This document shows, in pieces, positions 10,368 through 19,614 of a stretch of DNA of 64,000 nucleotides (position 1 is its first letter; every line of letters begins with the position of its first letter). Made by a program: the position numbers and the translations under genes. The notes beneath the pieces are model-generated. The model searched no databases. It saw nothing but the letters and a program-made list of their open reading frames with translations, and was not told the origin of the DNA. This DNA is from Thermoanaerobaculia bacterium (GTDB taxonomy: Bacteria; Acidobacteriota; Thermoanaerobaculia; Gp7-AA8): the NCBI GenBank assembly GCA_035482045.1, contig DATHRD010000081.1, forward strand, positions 6,238-70,237, written 5' to 3'.

Positions 10368-11429
10368 CTACGACCGGCAGCTCGTCTGCGCCTCGGCCAT
10401 GGCCTTCTCCAGATCGCCGCGCGCGCTCGTGCGCGATTGCGGCACGGCCTCGATTGCGGCACGGAATGTCGTCAGCGCTTCATCGCACGCGCCTTTCGCT
10501 GCCAGCACGCGGGCCAGCGTATCAAGGACCAGGTACGAATCGGATCCGTGCTGGGCCACGGCTTTTCTCGCCAGTGACTCGGCCTCGTCGTAACGCTTCG
10601 ACTCGTAGAGAAGCCAGGCCAGATTGTTGAGGGCATCGCGGGACGTGGGATCGAGTGCGAGCGCTTTGCGGAAGGCATCCTCGGCCTCGGCGCGATGGCC
10701 GAGCAGCGTCTCCGCATTGCCGAGGTTTGTCCAGGTCAGAAGAGAGTCAGGATGATGGGAGAGGATCGCGCGATAGGCGTGTGCGGCATCGCCGTACTTG
10801 CCGGCATCCTCGAGGGCCACCGCGGAGCGTAGCGCGGCAGAATCATCGGCCGGATGGATCAGAATCGCCGCGTGGCCGCCGCCTGACCAGGCGTTTTCCA
10901 GCCGGCCGAACGTCGTCCAGCGTCCTTTGCCGTCGCCGAACTGCGTGCGCACGAGACCGGCCGCCGGATCGATTCCGTCCACGACGACGTAGTGGAAAAA
11001 GTCGTATTGGTGGCCGGGCCCATTCACTACCTGCAGCATCAGGATCACCGGCTGTCCCTGCCGCAACTCCCCTTCCACGATGGCCGGAGTCCCGGTGACG
11101 AGCTGCGCGTCGAAGCCCGCCTTGCGTGCCGCGATCAGCAGATCGATCGTGAGCACGCCACCGTGAGTCTTCGGCAGCGTCGCATCCCACGTCTGCATCG
11201 TCGTGGTGTCACCGTAGTGTTGCAGGACGGTCGAGAGCGATCCCGCGCCGCATGACTCGATGCCCCAGCGCTGCTCCGGAACGTTCGGGATTACCGTTGC
11301 AGTGGGGGAGGGGTGTTGGGTTCTGGGGGTGATGGTGATGCAGGAAGTGAGTGTCAGGAGGGCGCTGAGAAGAAGCTGAATGCCCGCGGGAGTCGGGAGT
11401 CGGGGGTCGGGGGTCGGAGCAGGAGCCAA
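10368..11429 (-). CDS. PA2778-like cysteine peptidase (C39-like) fused to TPR repeats, lipoprotein
   Basis: LLSALLTLTSC lipobox; papain/C39-like core (Cys in GIESCGAGS, His in GPGHQYDFFHYVVV); C-terminal TPRs. The ORF's first approx. 50 codons run through a hairpin repeat, so the TTG at 11429 is proposed as the start. Confidence 0.6.
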   Translation of the reverse strand: MAPAPTPDPRLPTPAGIQLLLSALLTLTSCITITPRTQHPSPTATVIPNVPEQRWGIESCGAGSLSTVLQHYGDTTTMQTWDATLPKTHGGVLTIDLLIAARKAGFDAQLVTGTPAIVEGELRQGQPVILMLQVVNGPGHQYDFFHYVVVDGIDPAAGLVRTQFGDGKGRWTTFGRLENAWSGGGHAAILIHPADDSAALRSAVALEDAGKYGDAAHAYRAILSHHPDSLLTWTNLGNAETLLGHRAEAEDAFRKALALDPTSRDALNNLAWLLYESKRYDEAESLARKAVAQHGSDSYLVLDTLARVLAAKGACDEALTTFRAAIEAVPQSRTSARGDLEKAMAEAQTSCRS

Positions 11430-11571
11430 GACGTTCTCTCCGACACCCGACACCCGACCCCCGACTCCCGAAGCACGAATGTTGACTGTTGACGGGAGCC
11501 GGGAGTGGGGAGTTGGAGCTGTAACGATCTCTCCGACCCCCGACCCCCGACCCCCGACTCCCGTCCTCAAC
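11387..11571. repeat. Two adjacent tandem-repeat hairpins, GGGAGTC/GGGGGTC arrays facing GACCCCC/GACTCCC arrays
   Basis: Inverted arrays seen directly; overlaps the 5' end of the peptidase ORF. Confidence 0.8.
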
Positions 11572-11577
11572 ATCAAA

Positions 11578-11940
11578 TCAACCCAAAGCGATGACGAGAA
11601 TCAACGCGGCCAGTGCGCCGATGCCGATCCAGATCCACTCCTGGCGCGTCACTCCCGCAGCCTGTACCTGGTCGATGTTCTGTGCGAGCTGGTGAAGGTC
11701 CTGTGGCGAGAGCTGCGCAAGGCGCTGGTCGACCTGCTCTTTGGTGAAGCCGCGGTCCGTCAGAACCTTGGCAACCTGCTCGTTCGCGGCCACATCGCGC
11801 ACCAGCGCCAGATCGGCTGTGCGCTGGTCGATGCTCTGATCGGCCGCGGTCTTCGACGGGACGGGACCGGCGAACGCGGGAATGGCCGCAAACGCGAGAA
11901 CCACCAGCAAAGCGACGAATTGAGACAAACGCTTGGACAC
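11578..11940 (-). CDS. PA2779-like small secreted/membrane protein (partner of the PA2778-like peptidase)
   Basis: GGGAGG RBS 8 nt upstream of the GTG; signal peptide SKRLSQFVALLVVLAFAAIPAFA; C-terminal TM helix; sits directly upstream of the peptidase on the same strand. Confidence 0.55.
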   Translation of the reverse strand: MSKRLSQFVALLVVLAFAAIPAFAGPVPSKTAADQSIDQRTADLALVRDVAANEQVAKVLTDRGFTKEQVDQRLAQLSPQDLHQLAQNIDQVQAAGVTRQEWIWIGIGALAALILVIALG

Positions 11941-12051
11941 GACAAGTACCTCCCTATTGTTGTGTGACGTGGCCTTGACCACCTCACCGTTCAGTAATCC
12001 CCGCGCTCATGGCCCCACGGCCACTGCGACGGTATCCGGGGAGCGACGGAG

Positions 12052-12240
12052 CAAGACGGGTGCCGGGTTGCGGTTGCGCGGTCGCGAGGTCGCGAGGTAG
12101 CGCGGTCGCGAGGTTGCAAGGTTGCAAGGTTGCTGAGTTGTCGGTTGTCAGGTTTGCCAACTGCCATAGCAACCCAGCAACCCAGCAACCTAGCAACCGC
12201 GAGACCGCGCAACCGCGAGACCCCGCAACCGCGAGACCGC
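12052..12240. repeat. Approx. 190-bp tandem-repeat hairpin (GTCGCGAG/GTTGCAAG arrays ... AGCAACC/GCGAGACC arrays) in a divergent promoter region
   Basis: Left arm and reverse-complement right arm separated by a 9-nt loop; sits between the divergent PA2779-like and rel genes. Confidence 0.8.
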
Positions 12241-12270
12241 GAGACCCCAACCACGATACGATCTTAGAGA

Positions 12271-14436
12271 ATGATCCGCTTCGAAGACATCCTTGACAAG
12301 ATCGAGAGCTACAAGCCCGACTTTGACGAGGAATTGCTCGACAGGGCCTTCGTTTTCTCGGCGCGCGAGCATCGCGGTCAGGTTCGCAGCTCGGGCGAGC
12401 CGTACCTCGTCCATCCCCTCAACGTCGCCTACATCCTGGCCGAGATGCGCCTCGACGAGACGTCCATCGCCGTCGGGCTGCTCCATGACGTCCTCGAAGA
12501 CACCCTGACCACGAAAGAGACGCTGCAGGAGGTCTTCGGCGACGACGTTGCCGAGCTGGTCGACGGCGTCACCAAGATCTCCCGTTACGCCTACGTCTCG
12601 AAGGAAGAGCAGCAGGCCGAGACCTTCCGCAAGATGCTGCTGGCCATGGTCAGCGACCTGCGCGTCGTCCTGGTCAAGCTCGCCGATCGGCTCCATAACA
12701 TGCGCACCCTCCAGTTCCTCCCCGAGGATCGGAGACTGGCCATCGCCACCGAGACGATGGAGATCTACGCGCCCATCGCCAACCGGCTCGGCATGGGGCG
12801 CATCAAGAGCGAGCTGGAAGACCTTTCCTTCCGCCACATGCACCCGCGCGAGTTTGAAGACCTCCAGCGCGCCGTCAACGAGAAGCTGGCCATATCCGGC
12901 GAGATCGTCGACCGCATCAAGGGGACCCTGACCGCCAAGCTGCGCGAAAACGATCTCAACGGAGACGTCTTCGGCCGCGTCAAATCGATGTACTCCATCT
13001 GGTCCAAGCTCCGCCGCCAGGAGATCGACGTCGGTCAGGTCTACGACTACCTGGCCTTTCGCATCGTCACCGCGAACATCAAAGACACGTACGCATGCCT
13101 CGGCATCATTCATCAGATGTGGCGTCCTGTCCCCGGCCGGATCAAGGACTACATCGCCATGCCCAAGCCCAACTTCTACCAGTCGCTGCACACCACGGTG
13201 GTGGCCGATAAGGGGCAGCCGTTCGAGGTGCAGATCCGGACGAGGGAGATGGACCTCATCGCCGAACAGGGCATCGCCGCGCATTGGAAGTACAAGGAAG
13301 GCCGCGTCGGCGCGCAGCCCGACGACACCAACTTCCTCTGGCTCCGGCAGCTCGTCGAATGGCAGCACGAGATCACCGACCCGCGCGACTTCATGCACTC
13401 GCTGAAGATCGATCTCTATCCCGACGAGGTCTATACCTTCACTCCCAAGGGAGACGTCTTCGCCTTTCCGCGCGGCGCCACCCCGCTCGATTTCGCCTAT
13501 CGCATCCACACCGACGTGGGCCACCACTGCGTCGGCGCCCGCGTGAACGGCAAGCTCATGCCGCTCCGGACCACGCTGAAGAACGGCGACATCATCGACG
13601 TGCTCACCGGCCCGAACCAGTCGCCCTCGCGCGAGTGGATCAACATGGTCGTGACCTCGCGGGCCCGCCATAAGATCCGGCATTGGCTCAACACGGAGCA
13701 GAAGCACCGCTCCATCGAGCTCGGCCGCAAGCTCATCGAGAAAGAAGCCAAGCGCTACCGCGTGCAATGGCGCAAGCTCGTCGCCGAGAACGCCCTCGAC
13801 GCCGTGCTCGCGGAGTATGCGCTGCCGAGGCTCGACGACCTTTATGCCGACGTCGGCTACGGCAAGATCTCATCGCGCGCCGTCGTCGAGCGCTTCGTCA
13901 AAGACGAGCAGGCGCCGGTCGACGAAGGCGTCCTCCAGCGCGCCGTCCGCAAGATCTTCCCCTTCACCGGCACCTCGCCCGCCATCAAGGTCAAAGGCTA
14001 CGACGACCTGATGACCTACCTCGCCAAATGCTGCAACCCCCTGCCGGGCGAGCCCATCACTGGATACATCTCCCGCGGCAAAGGAGTGGGAGTCCACAGC
14101 GCGAACTGTCCCAACGTGCGCAACCTGATGTTCAACGCCGACCGCCAGATCGCCGTCGAATGGGCCGATCAGAAACACGCCCAATTCCAGGTCGAGCTGG
14201 AGGTCGTGATGGAGGATCGCCAGGGCATCCTGGCCCGGGTCGTCAACACCGTCTCCAACATCAAGACCAACATCCGCCAGATGGACAGCCGGACCACCGA
14301 CGGAAAAGCCACCGCCGAGATGACGCTGGACATCGCCGACCTGAAGCACCTCGAGCGCGTCATCCGCTCCATCGCCGACATCGAAGGCGTCGTCCACGTG
14401 GAGCGGAAGTTCAATGTGCGCCACGCCACGGCGTGA
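12271..14436 (+). CDS. rel: Bifunctional (p)ppGpp synthetase/hydrolase
   Basis: HD domain (HPLNVAYILAEMRLD...LLHDVLEDT), RelA/SpoT synthetase domain, TGS and ACT domains. Confidence 0.9.
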   Translation: MIRFEDILDKIESYKPDFDEELLDRAFVFSAREHRGQVRSSGEPYLVHPLNVAYILAEMRLDETSIAVGLLHDVLEDTLTTKETLQEVFGDDVAELVDGVTKISRYAYVSKEEQQAETFRKMLLAMVSDLRVVLVKLADRLHNMRTLQFLPEDRRLAIATETMEIYAPIANRLGMGRIKSELEDLSFRHMHPREFEDLQRAVNEKLAISGEIVDRIKGTLTAKLRENDLNGDVFGRVKSMYSIWSKLRRQEIDVGQVYDYLAFRIVTANIKDTYACLGIIHQMWRPVPGRIKDYIAMPKPNFYQSLHTTVVADKGQPFEVQIRTREMDLIAEQGIAAHWKYKEGRVGAQPDDTNFLWLRQLVEWQHEITDPRDFMHSLKIDLYPDEVYTFTPKGDVFAFPRGATPLDFAYRIHTDVGHHCVGARVNGKLMPLRTTLKNGDIIDVLTGPNQSPSREWINMVVTSRARHKIRHWLNTEQKHRSIELGRKLIEKEAKRYRVQWRKLVAENALDAVLAEYALPRLDDLYADVGYGKISSRAVVERFVKDEQAPVDEGVLQRAVRKIFPFTGTSPAIKVKGYDDLMTYLAKCCNPLPGEPITGYISRGKGVGVHSANCPNVRNLMFNADRQIAVEWADQKHAQFQVELEVVMEDRQGILARVVNTVSNIKTNIRQMDSRTTDGKATAEMTLDIADLKHLERVIRSIADIEGVVHVERKFNVRHATA

Positions 14437-14445
14437 GGCTTCGCG

Positions 14446-14814
14446 ATGAGCACCAGAATCCTCATGACCGCCGCCGCGCTCGTGCTGGCGCTGGCCGGCC
14501 TCGGTGCTCTGTTTGCGCCGCAGGAGCTCCTGACCTCCTTCGGCGCCGCGCCTTCCGGATTCCTGCCTCCGCTCGTGCAGTTGCTCGCTGCCGCGCTCCT
14601 CGCTCTGGCCGTGATCGACTGGATGGCCAAGGGCAGCAAGGTCGGCGGCATCTACAACCGTCCCATCGCCGTCGGCAACCTGATGCACTTCGCGGTCGGC
14701 GCGATCACGCTGGCCAGGTTCGTGTTCGGCGGACACCCACCCGCGTTTGCCATCGCCGCGGCGGTTGTCTACTCCGTATTCGCGATCGCGTTCGGGGTGC
14801 TGGTGTTCTATTGA
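14446..14814 (+). CDS. Small integral membrane protein (4 predicted TM helices), unknown function
   Basis: Hydrophobic composition; follows rel with a 9-nt gap. Confidence 0.45.
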   Translation: MSTRILMTAAALVLALAGLGALFAPQELLTSFGAAPSGFLPPLVQLLAAALLALAVIDWMAKGSKVGGIYNRPIAVGNLMHFAVGAITLARFVFGGHPPAFAIAAAVVYSVFAIAFGVLVFY

Positions 14815-14859
14815 CGCTTCGCGGCATCGGCGGATGACTGATGCGGCTAACATCCCTCC

Positions 14860-15630
14860 ATGCCCCAATTCCAGCGCTACGTCGCCATCGGCGACAGCAC
14901 GGTCGAAGGACTCGATGATCCTGACGGACGGGGCCGCCATCGCGGCTGGGCGGATCGCCTGGCCGGGAAGCTGGCGGCGGAGCAGGGGAGCGTCCTCTAC
15001 GCCAATCTCGCCATCCGCGGGCGGACGACGCGGCAGATTCGTCTCGAACAGCTCGATGCCGCCGTGGCCATGCGGCCGGACCTGGTGGCCGCCGTTTCCG
15101 GAACGAATGATCTGCTCCGGCCGCGCTTCGATCCCGTCGCGCTCCGCGATGATATCGAAGCCATGCAATACGCCCTCACCGGCGCGGGCGCGGCCGTCAT
15201 CACCTTTACCCTGCCTGACCTCGGCGACCTGATGCCGCTCGCGCGGATGGTGCGCGGACGGCTGCTGCGGATGAATGAGATCATCCGCGATGCGGGCGCC
15301 CGGACCGGCACGATCGTCTGCGACTTCGCCGCCTATCCGGTGGCATCCGATCCGCGTCTCTGGTCGGACGACCGTCTCCACGCCAACACCGCCGGACACG
15401 TACGGATCGCCGATGCCCTGGCCCATTACCTCGGGTTAGCGGGGGCGAACGGCGCATGGTCCGAGCCCCTGCCTGCGGCACCGCCGCCCCGATGGAGCGA
15501 ACGGCTTCGCGCGGAATCCGCCTGGACGCGCGGGCACCTCCTGCCGTGGCTCTGGCGACATCTGCAAGGCCGCTCGTCGGGCGACGGCATCACCGCCAAG
15601 CTGCCGAGGCTCACGCTGATCGAGAGGTAG
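14860..15630 (+). CDS. SGNH/GDSL family hydrolase
   Basis: AIGDSTVEG (block I Ser), SGTNDL (block III), DRLHANTAGH (block V Asp/His). Confidence 0.7.
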   Translation: MPQFQRYVAIGDSTVEGLDDPDGRGRHRGWADRLAGKLAAEQGSVLYANLAIRGRTTRQIRLEQLDAAVAMRPDLVAAVSGTNDLLRPRFDPVALRDDIEAMQYALTGAGAAVITFTLPDLGDLMPLARMVRGRLLRMNEIIRDAGARTGTIVCDFAAYPVASDPRLWSDDRLHANTAGHVRIADALAHYLGLAGANGAWSEPLPAAPPPRWSERLRAESAWTRGHLLPWLWRHLQGRSSGDGITAKLPRLTLIER

Positions 15631-15639
15631 CTGTTAGGA

Positions 15640-15816
15640 GAGCGGGCGTCTCGCCTGCTCCCGACGGGCGTCCTCGCCCGGCGGTGGTTTCTGCCGGCGA
15701 AGAGGATTCAAACCGGCGAACGCGACTGGATCGCGTATCTCCCCGACGGAGTCGTATCGATCTCGTTCCACCGCCGGGCGAGGACGCCCAGCGGGAGCAC
15801 GCGGGTGCCTGCTCTC
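15640..15816. repeat. Long imperfect inverted repeat (approx. 50-nt arms, approx. 75-nt spacer)
   Basis: ggagagcgggcgtctcgcctgctcccgacgggcgtcctcgcccggcggtgg pairs with ccaccgccgggcgaggacgcccagcgggagcacgcgggtgcctgctctcc. Confidence 0.6.
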
Positions 15817-15859
15817 CTCAGTCGCCCGTTTTGCGCCTGATGTAACGAATTGGCAAAGC

Positions 15860-16762
15860 GTGATGCAGCTCACGCTCGTGGCTGGCTCGATTGCGACATC
15901 GTCACCCGTCGCCGTGAACATTCTGCGTATCGGCCGCTACCGCGTCCTGCATCACCTCGGCGGGGGAGGGTCGGCGGAGGTCTACGCGGCCGAAGACACC
16001 ATGCTGCACCGCATGGTGGCCCTGAAAGTTCTCCGCGGCGAAGCGGACGACCGGCAGACGCGTCGTTTCGAGCGCGAGGCCCGGCTGGCCTCCCTGCTCA
16101 ATCACCCGAACGTGGTCACAATCTACGACGTTGGCCGGGAAGGGTCTGTCCGGTACATCACCACGGAGCTCATCGACGGCGAGACGCTTCGCGAGCGCAT
16201 GGATCGCGGGCCGCTGACGGCCATGGAAGTCGTCGAGATCGCCGCCGCCGCCGCCGGTGCGTTTGCCGCCGCGCATGAAGCCTGGATCGTGCACCGCGAC
16301 GTCAAACCGGAAAACATCGCCATCCGAAAGGACGGCGTGGTGAAGGTATTGGACTTTGGCGTCTCAGCGCTCAGCGGCAATGGCGACGGCGATGCCACGG
16401 ATCCGATCCGCCGGCCCGGTGCACTGGTCGGGACGCTGCACTACCTTTCGCCCGAGCAGGTCCGCGGCGAGCCGATCATCGACAACCGCTCCGACATCTA
16501 CAGCTTCGGTGTGGTCCTGTACGAGATGCTGAGCGGCCATGCCCCGTTCCGCGGCGGGAATGTCATGGACGTTCTCGCGCAGATCGTCGAGCGCGAGCCC
16601 GATCCGCTGCCCGCGCTCATCCACTGGAAGCTTCGCGATCTGGTCATGACCTCACTCCGCAAGAGCCTCTACGACCGCCCGCAGACGATGTCTCAGATCC
16701 TGACAACGCTGACCGATGTCCGGCTCGAGCTCCAGATCCGGGAGCGCGCCAGAACAGCGTAG
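15860..16762 (+). CDS. Serine/threonine protein kinase (Hanks-type), kinase domain only
   Basis: GGGGSAEVY glycine loop, VALK, HRDVKPENI catalytic loop, DFGVS, SPE motif. Confidence 0.8.
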   Translation: MMQLTLVAGSIATSSPVAVNILRIGRYRVLHHLGGGGSAEVYAAEDTMLHRMVALKVLRGEADDRQTRRFEREARLASLLNHPNVVTIYDVGREGSVRYITTELIDGETLRERMDRGPLTAMEVVEIAAAAAGAFAAAHEAWIVHRDVKPENIAIRKDGVVKVLDFGVSALSGNGDGDATDPIRRPGALVGTLHYLSPEQVRGEPIIDNRSDIYSFGVVLYEMLSGHAPFRGGNVMDVLAQIVEREPDPLPALIHWKLRDLVMTSLRKSLYDRPQTMSQILTTLTDVRLELQIRERARTA

Positions 16763-16767
16763 GGCGG

Positions 16768-16840
16768 GAGCGCCGGGAGTAGGGTGTCGGGAGTCGGAGA
16801 ACGCAACATCCATTCTGCCCGACCCCCGACTCCCGCTCCG
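16768..16840. repeat. GGGAGTC-family hairpin at a convergent gene junction
   Basis: gggagcgccgggagtagggtgtcgggagtcggag ... cgacccccgactcccgctcc. Confidence 0.75.
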
Positions 16841-16848
16841 TTTACGGC

Positions 16849-17208
16849 TTATAGATGAATGTGGATGACGCCGCGGACGACATTACCGCTGTCGACGAGG
16901 ACCACATGGCCGCCGACGGCCATGTAGCGATGATGCTCTGGCGCTGGCGGGAGCTGCCGGCGAAGATCCGAGGGGACTGCGTAGCTGCGATTGCGCAATT
17001 CGCGATCGAGCGGCTTGCCCTCCTGCAGGCGAGACTCCTGCTCGGCCGACAGTCTGTCGCTCGAACGCAAGCCTCGCGGTGCGTTGGTTTGGTGGGCCTT
17101 GGCCCAATCCTGAGCTACCTGACGGTCGTGATCGTTGAACTGAGCGAACCCGGCGGTGGCGACGAAAAGCCCGATGATGCATGCTGCACTGCGTATGGTT
17201 GTTTTCAT
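16849..17208 (-). CDS. RcnB-like periplasmic protein (tentative)
   Basis: ATG with AGGAAG RBS and a signal peptide (MKTTIRSAACIIGLFVATAGFA); C-terminal LPPAPEHHRYMAVGGHVVLVDSGNVVRGVIHI resembles the RcnB/YohN motif. The longer ORF to 17361 was trimmed. Confidence 0.45.
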   Translation of the reverse strand: MKTTIRSAACIIGLFVATAGFAQFNDHDRQVAQDWAKAHQTNAPRGLRSSDRLSAEQESRLQEGKPLDRELRNRSYAVPSDLRRQLPPAPEHHRYMAVGGHVVLVDSGNVVRGVIHIHL

Positions 17209-17513
17209 TCTTAGTCTTCCTTTTCTTCCAATAACATGGCTATGAGCACGATACGAGCCAACGTGTGATCGAGGATTCCGATCCGCCTGGAACAAGAGCA
17301 TCCGCACCGACACCCGGTCACGACGACTCCGGGTGACCAACTCATCACGAGTGCGGAGCACGCATCCTCATCCGTATCAGTCTCACCGGCCGGGTGTCAC
17401 CGTTTGCTTTGTGCCCCCATCCGACAGGAGAAATTTGTCCTCGGGCCGACCGGTTCGAAACGGGAGCAAAATTCGCCGATCTCAGAGTCTTTCCTAGGGG
17501 CAAACGCATACCG

Positions 17514-19502
17514 ATGGCCGATCACTCGCTGAAGCGCAGTTATTTTTTCTTCGTCCTCTTGCTTCTCACCTCGAGCGTTGCCTTCGCGGATTCTCCGTCG
17601 GGCCGCTATGAGAGCCGGATGGTGTGGGACACACCCATCCATCGAGCTGTGCTGTTCGGTGGCTCGACAGCCATCGACTCCGGGACGAAGATCGCGTACG
17701 AACGGAACGACACATGGGAATGGACCGGGTACCGGTGGCTTGAGGTATACCCCGTTCACAGCCCGTCAAACCGTGCCGCCCATGGGATGATCTTCGACTC
17801 CGTCCGCAACCGGCCGGTGGTTTTCGGCGGCCGTCAGAGCACAATCAATTCCAACGGCACGTCGAGCTTCGTCAATCTCAACGATACATGGAGCTTCGAC
17901 GGAACCGACTGGACGCAGATCCAGACGGCGGACTCCCCCTCCGTCCGAGAGCTGCCCGGCATGGTGTACGACTCCGCGCGCGATCGCATCGTGCTCTTCG
18001 GCGGCATCGTGCAGACCTACACCGGCCCCACCCTGAGAATACTCAACGAAACGCCACTCAAGGATACGTGGGAGTTCGACGGTACCGACTGGCATCAGAT
18101 CCAGGTCGACGGCCCCCTCGTGTACAAGCCGATCCTGGCCTACGACCCCATCCTCAAACAGACCATCATGATCGGCTACAACAACCCGACCGACGTCGTC
18201 ACGGTGATGTATGCCTACGATCCGGTCGGGGGAACCTGGAATCAACTCAAACCCGCCTTACTGCCGGCCTGCGCCAACGAAGGCGCGATGACATTTGACG
18301 GCGCGGACAGCAAGATCCTCTTCACGGGCGCGACCTGCCTCAGCTCGATCAACACGGAGGACACGTATGAGTGGGACGGGTCGAACTGGACGAAGATCAC
18401 CCTGACGTCGTTTGCCGGCCGCTACTACGGGGAGGCCCTGACCTACGACCCCGATCACCAGGTGGTCGTGCTCTTCGGCGGCGCCCAATTGGTCGGCCCT
18501 CTCCTGTCCGCCACGTACACCTACACCAACACGGTCTGGCAGGGCGCGGGCGATCTCGATTTCCCGGCGCCGCGCTCGCTCTTCATGTTCCTTTCGGATC
18601 CCGTTCACAACGTGATCTATCTTTATGGCGGTCTGAACGACGCCACGAGTTTCTTCGATTTCTGGATCTATCAGAACGGGCAGTTTCATCCGAATCTCGA
18701 CGGGACCCAGCCCTCCGCTTGCTCGTTGCCGCTCGGCGTGTTCGACACCGACCGCCAGAAGGTCGTGATGTTCTGTTCGGATAGCTCGACCTGGGAGTTC
18801 GATGGAGCGGCGTGGACCCAGTTCGACTCGTCGAAGACCGCACCTCCCGCGCATGAATGGGGCAGCCTGGCCTATGACCAGAGTCTGAAGAAGACAGTCT
18901 TCTTCGGCGGCTTCGATCCCAGCAACAACAGCTATCTGGATCAGACCTGGACGTACGACGGGACCAGTTGGACGCAGGTCACGAAGAACCCCCCAACATC
19001 GCGCTCTCATGCCTCGATCTGGTACGACCCGACCCTGAAAAAGACCTTGATCTACGGCGGGATCGGCCGGCTCACGTCCACCGATCGCCTGACGCGCTAC
19101 AGCGACATGTGGTCGTTTGACGGCACAGGCTGGACCGCGGTTGTCCCGGCGGCGACGCCGGGCATGCGTTACGGTGCACTGACAGCCATCGATCCGACGA
19201 CGAACCATGCCCTCATCTTCGGCGGGATCAGAGTCGATACCGACCCGACCAACAATCAGGTGCAGGTCTACGCGAACGACATGTGGGACTGGGACGGCAC
19301 GAAATGGACCCAGATCAACACGGCCGCCGTTCCGCCTCCCCGCGAGAACGCCGGCCTGGCCCTTGATCCTCTCCGCAACCAGCTCATCATGTTCGGCGGT
19401 TACAGCGGCTTCTACCTCTCCGACGTCTGGACCCTCGGCAACGGCAGTTGGTCACAGGTGTTTCAGGTCCTGAACCGGCGCCGGGCAGCAGCGGGGCACT
19501 GA
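17514..19502 (+). CDS. Secreted Kelch-repeat beta-propeller protein (approx. 13 repeats)
   Basis: Signal peptide; reiterated DTWEFDG(T/S)DWTQI and VLFGG motifs typical of Kelch blades. Confidence 0.8.
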   Translation: MADHSLKRSYFFFVLLLLTSSVAFADSPSGRYESRMVWDTPIHRAVLFGGSTAIDSGTKIAYERNDTWEWTGYRWLEVYPVHSPSNRAAHGMIFDSVRNRPVVFGGRQSTINSNGTSSFVNLNDTWSFDGTDWTQIQTADSPSVRELPGMVYDSARDRIVLFGGIVQTYTGPTLRILNETPLKDTWEFDGTDWHQIQVDGPLVYKPILAYDPILKQTIMIGYNNPTDVVTVMYAYDPVGGTWNQLKPALLPACANEGAMTFDGADSKILFTGATCLSSINTEDTYEWDGSNWTKITLTSFAGRYYGEALTYDPDHQVVVLFGGAQLVGPLLSATYTYTNTVWQGAGDLDFPAPRSLFMFLSDPVHNVIYLYGGLNDATSFFDFWIYQNGQFHPNLDGTQPSACSLPLGVFDTDRQKVVMFCSDSSTWEFDGAAWTQFDSSKTAPPAHEWGSLAYDQSLKKTVFFGGFDPSNNSYLDQTWTYDGTSWTQVTKNPPTSRSHASIWYDPTLKKTLIYGGIGRLTSTDRLTRYSDMWSFDGTGWTAVVPAATPGMRYGALTAIDPTTNHALIFGGIRVDTDPTNNQVQVYANDMWDWDGTKWTQINTAAVPPPRENAGLALDPLRNQLIMFGGYSGFYLSDVWTLGNGSWSQVFQVLNRRRAAAGH

Positions 19503-19590
19503 TCGGCTCGGGAGTCGGGGGTCGGGAGTCGGGAGTCGGAACTGGATCGGCTCCGACCCCCGACCCCCGACCCCCGACCCCCGACCAACG
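19503..19590. repeat. GGGAGTC-family hairpin (four or five repeat units per arm)
   Basis: ggctcgggagtcgggggtcgggagtcgggagtcgga-actggat-cggctccgacccccgacccccgacccccgacccccgacc. Confidence 0.85.
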
Positions 19591-19614
19591 CTATGCTATT
19601 CTCGCGGGCCGATC

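Noticed and set aside
12190-13767. Long antisense ORFs (525 aa here; others include 13870..15426, 26713..28584, 29999..31600, 41577..43229, 54476..55708 and 3258..4163)
   Set aside because: They lie opposite strongly supported genes (rel, metG, S8 protease, ftsK, tdh) in a 67% GC genome where stop codons are rare in off-frames. Their translations are Arg/Ala/Gly-rich low-complexity sequence with no motifs.
15700-15760. tRNA-like T-loop sequence (ggattcaaaccgg) in the 15.6-15.86 kb spacer
   Set aside because: No acceptor/anticodon stems or cloverleaf could be drawn around it. It was treated as part of the long inverted-repeat element instead.
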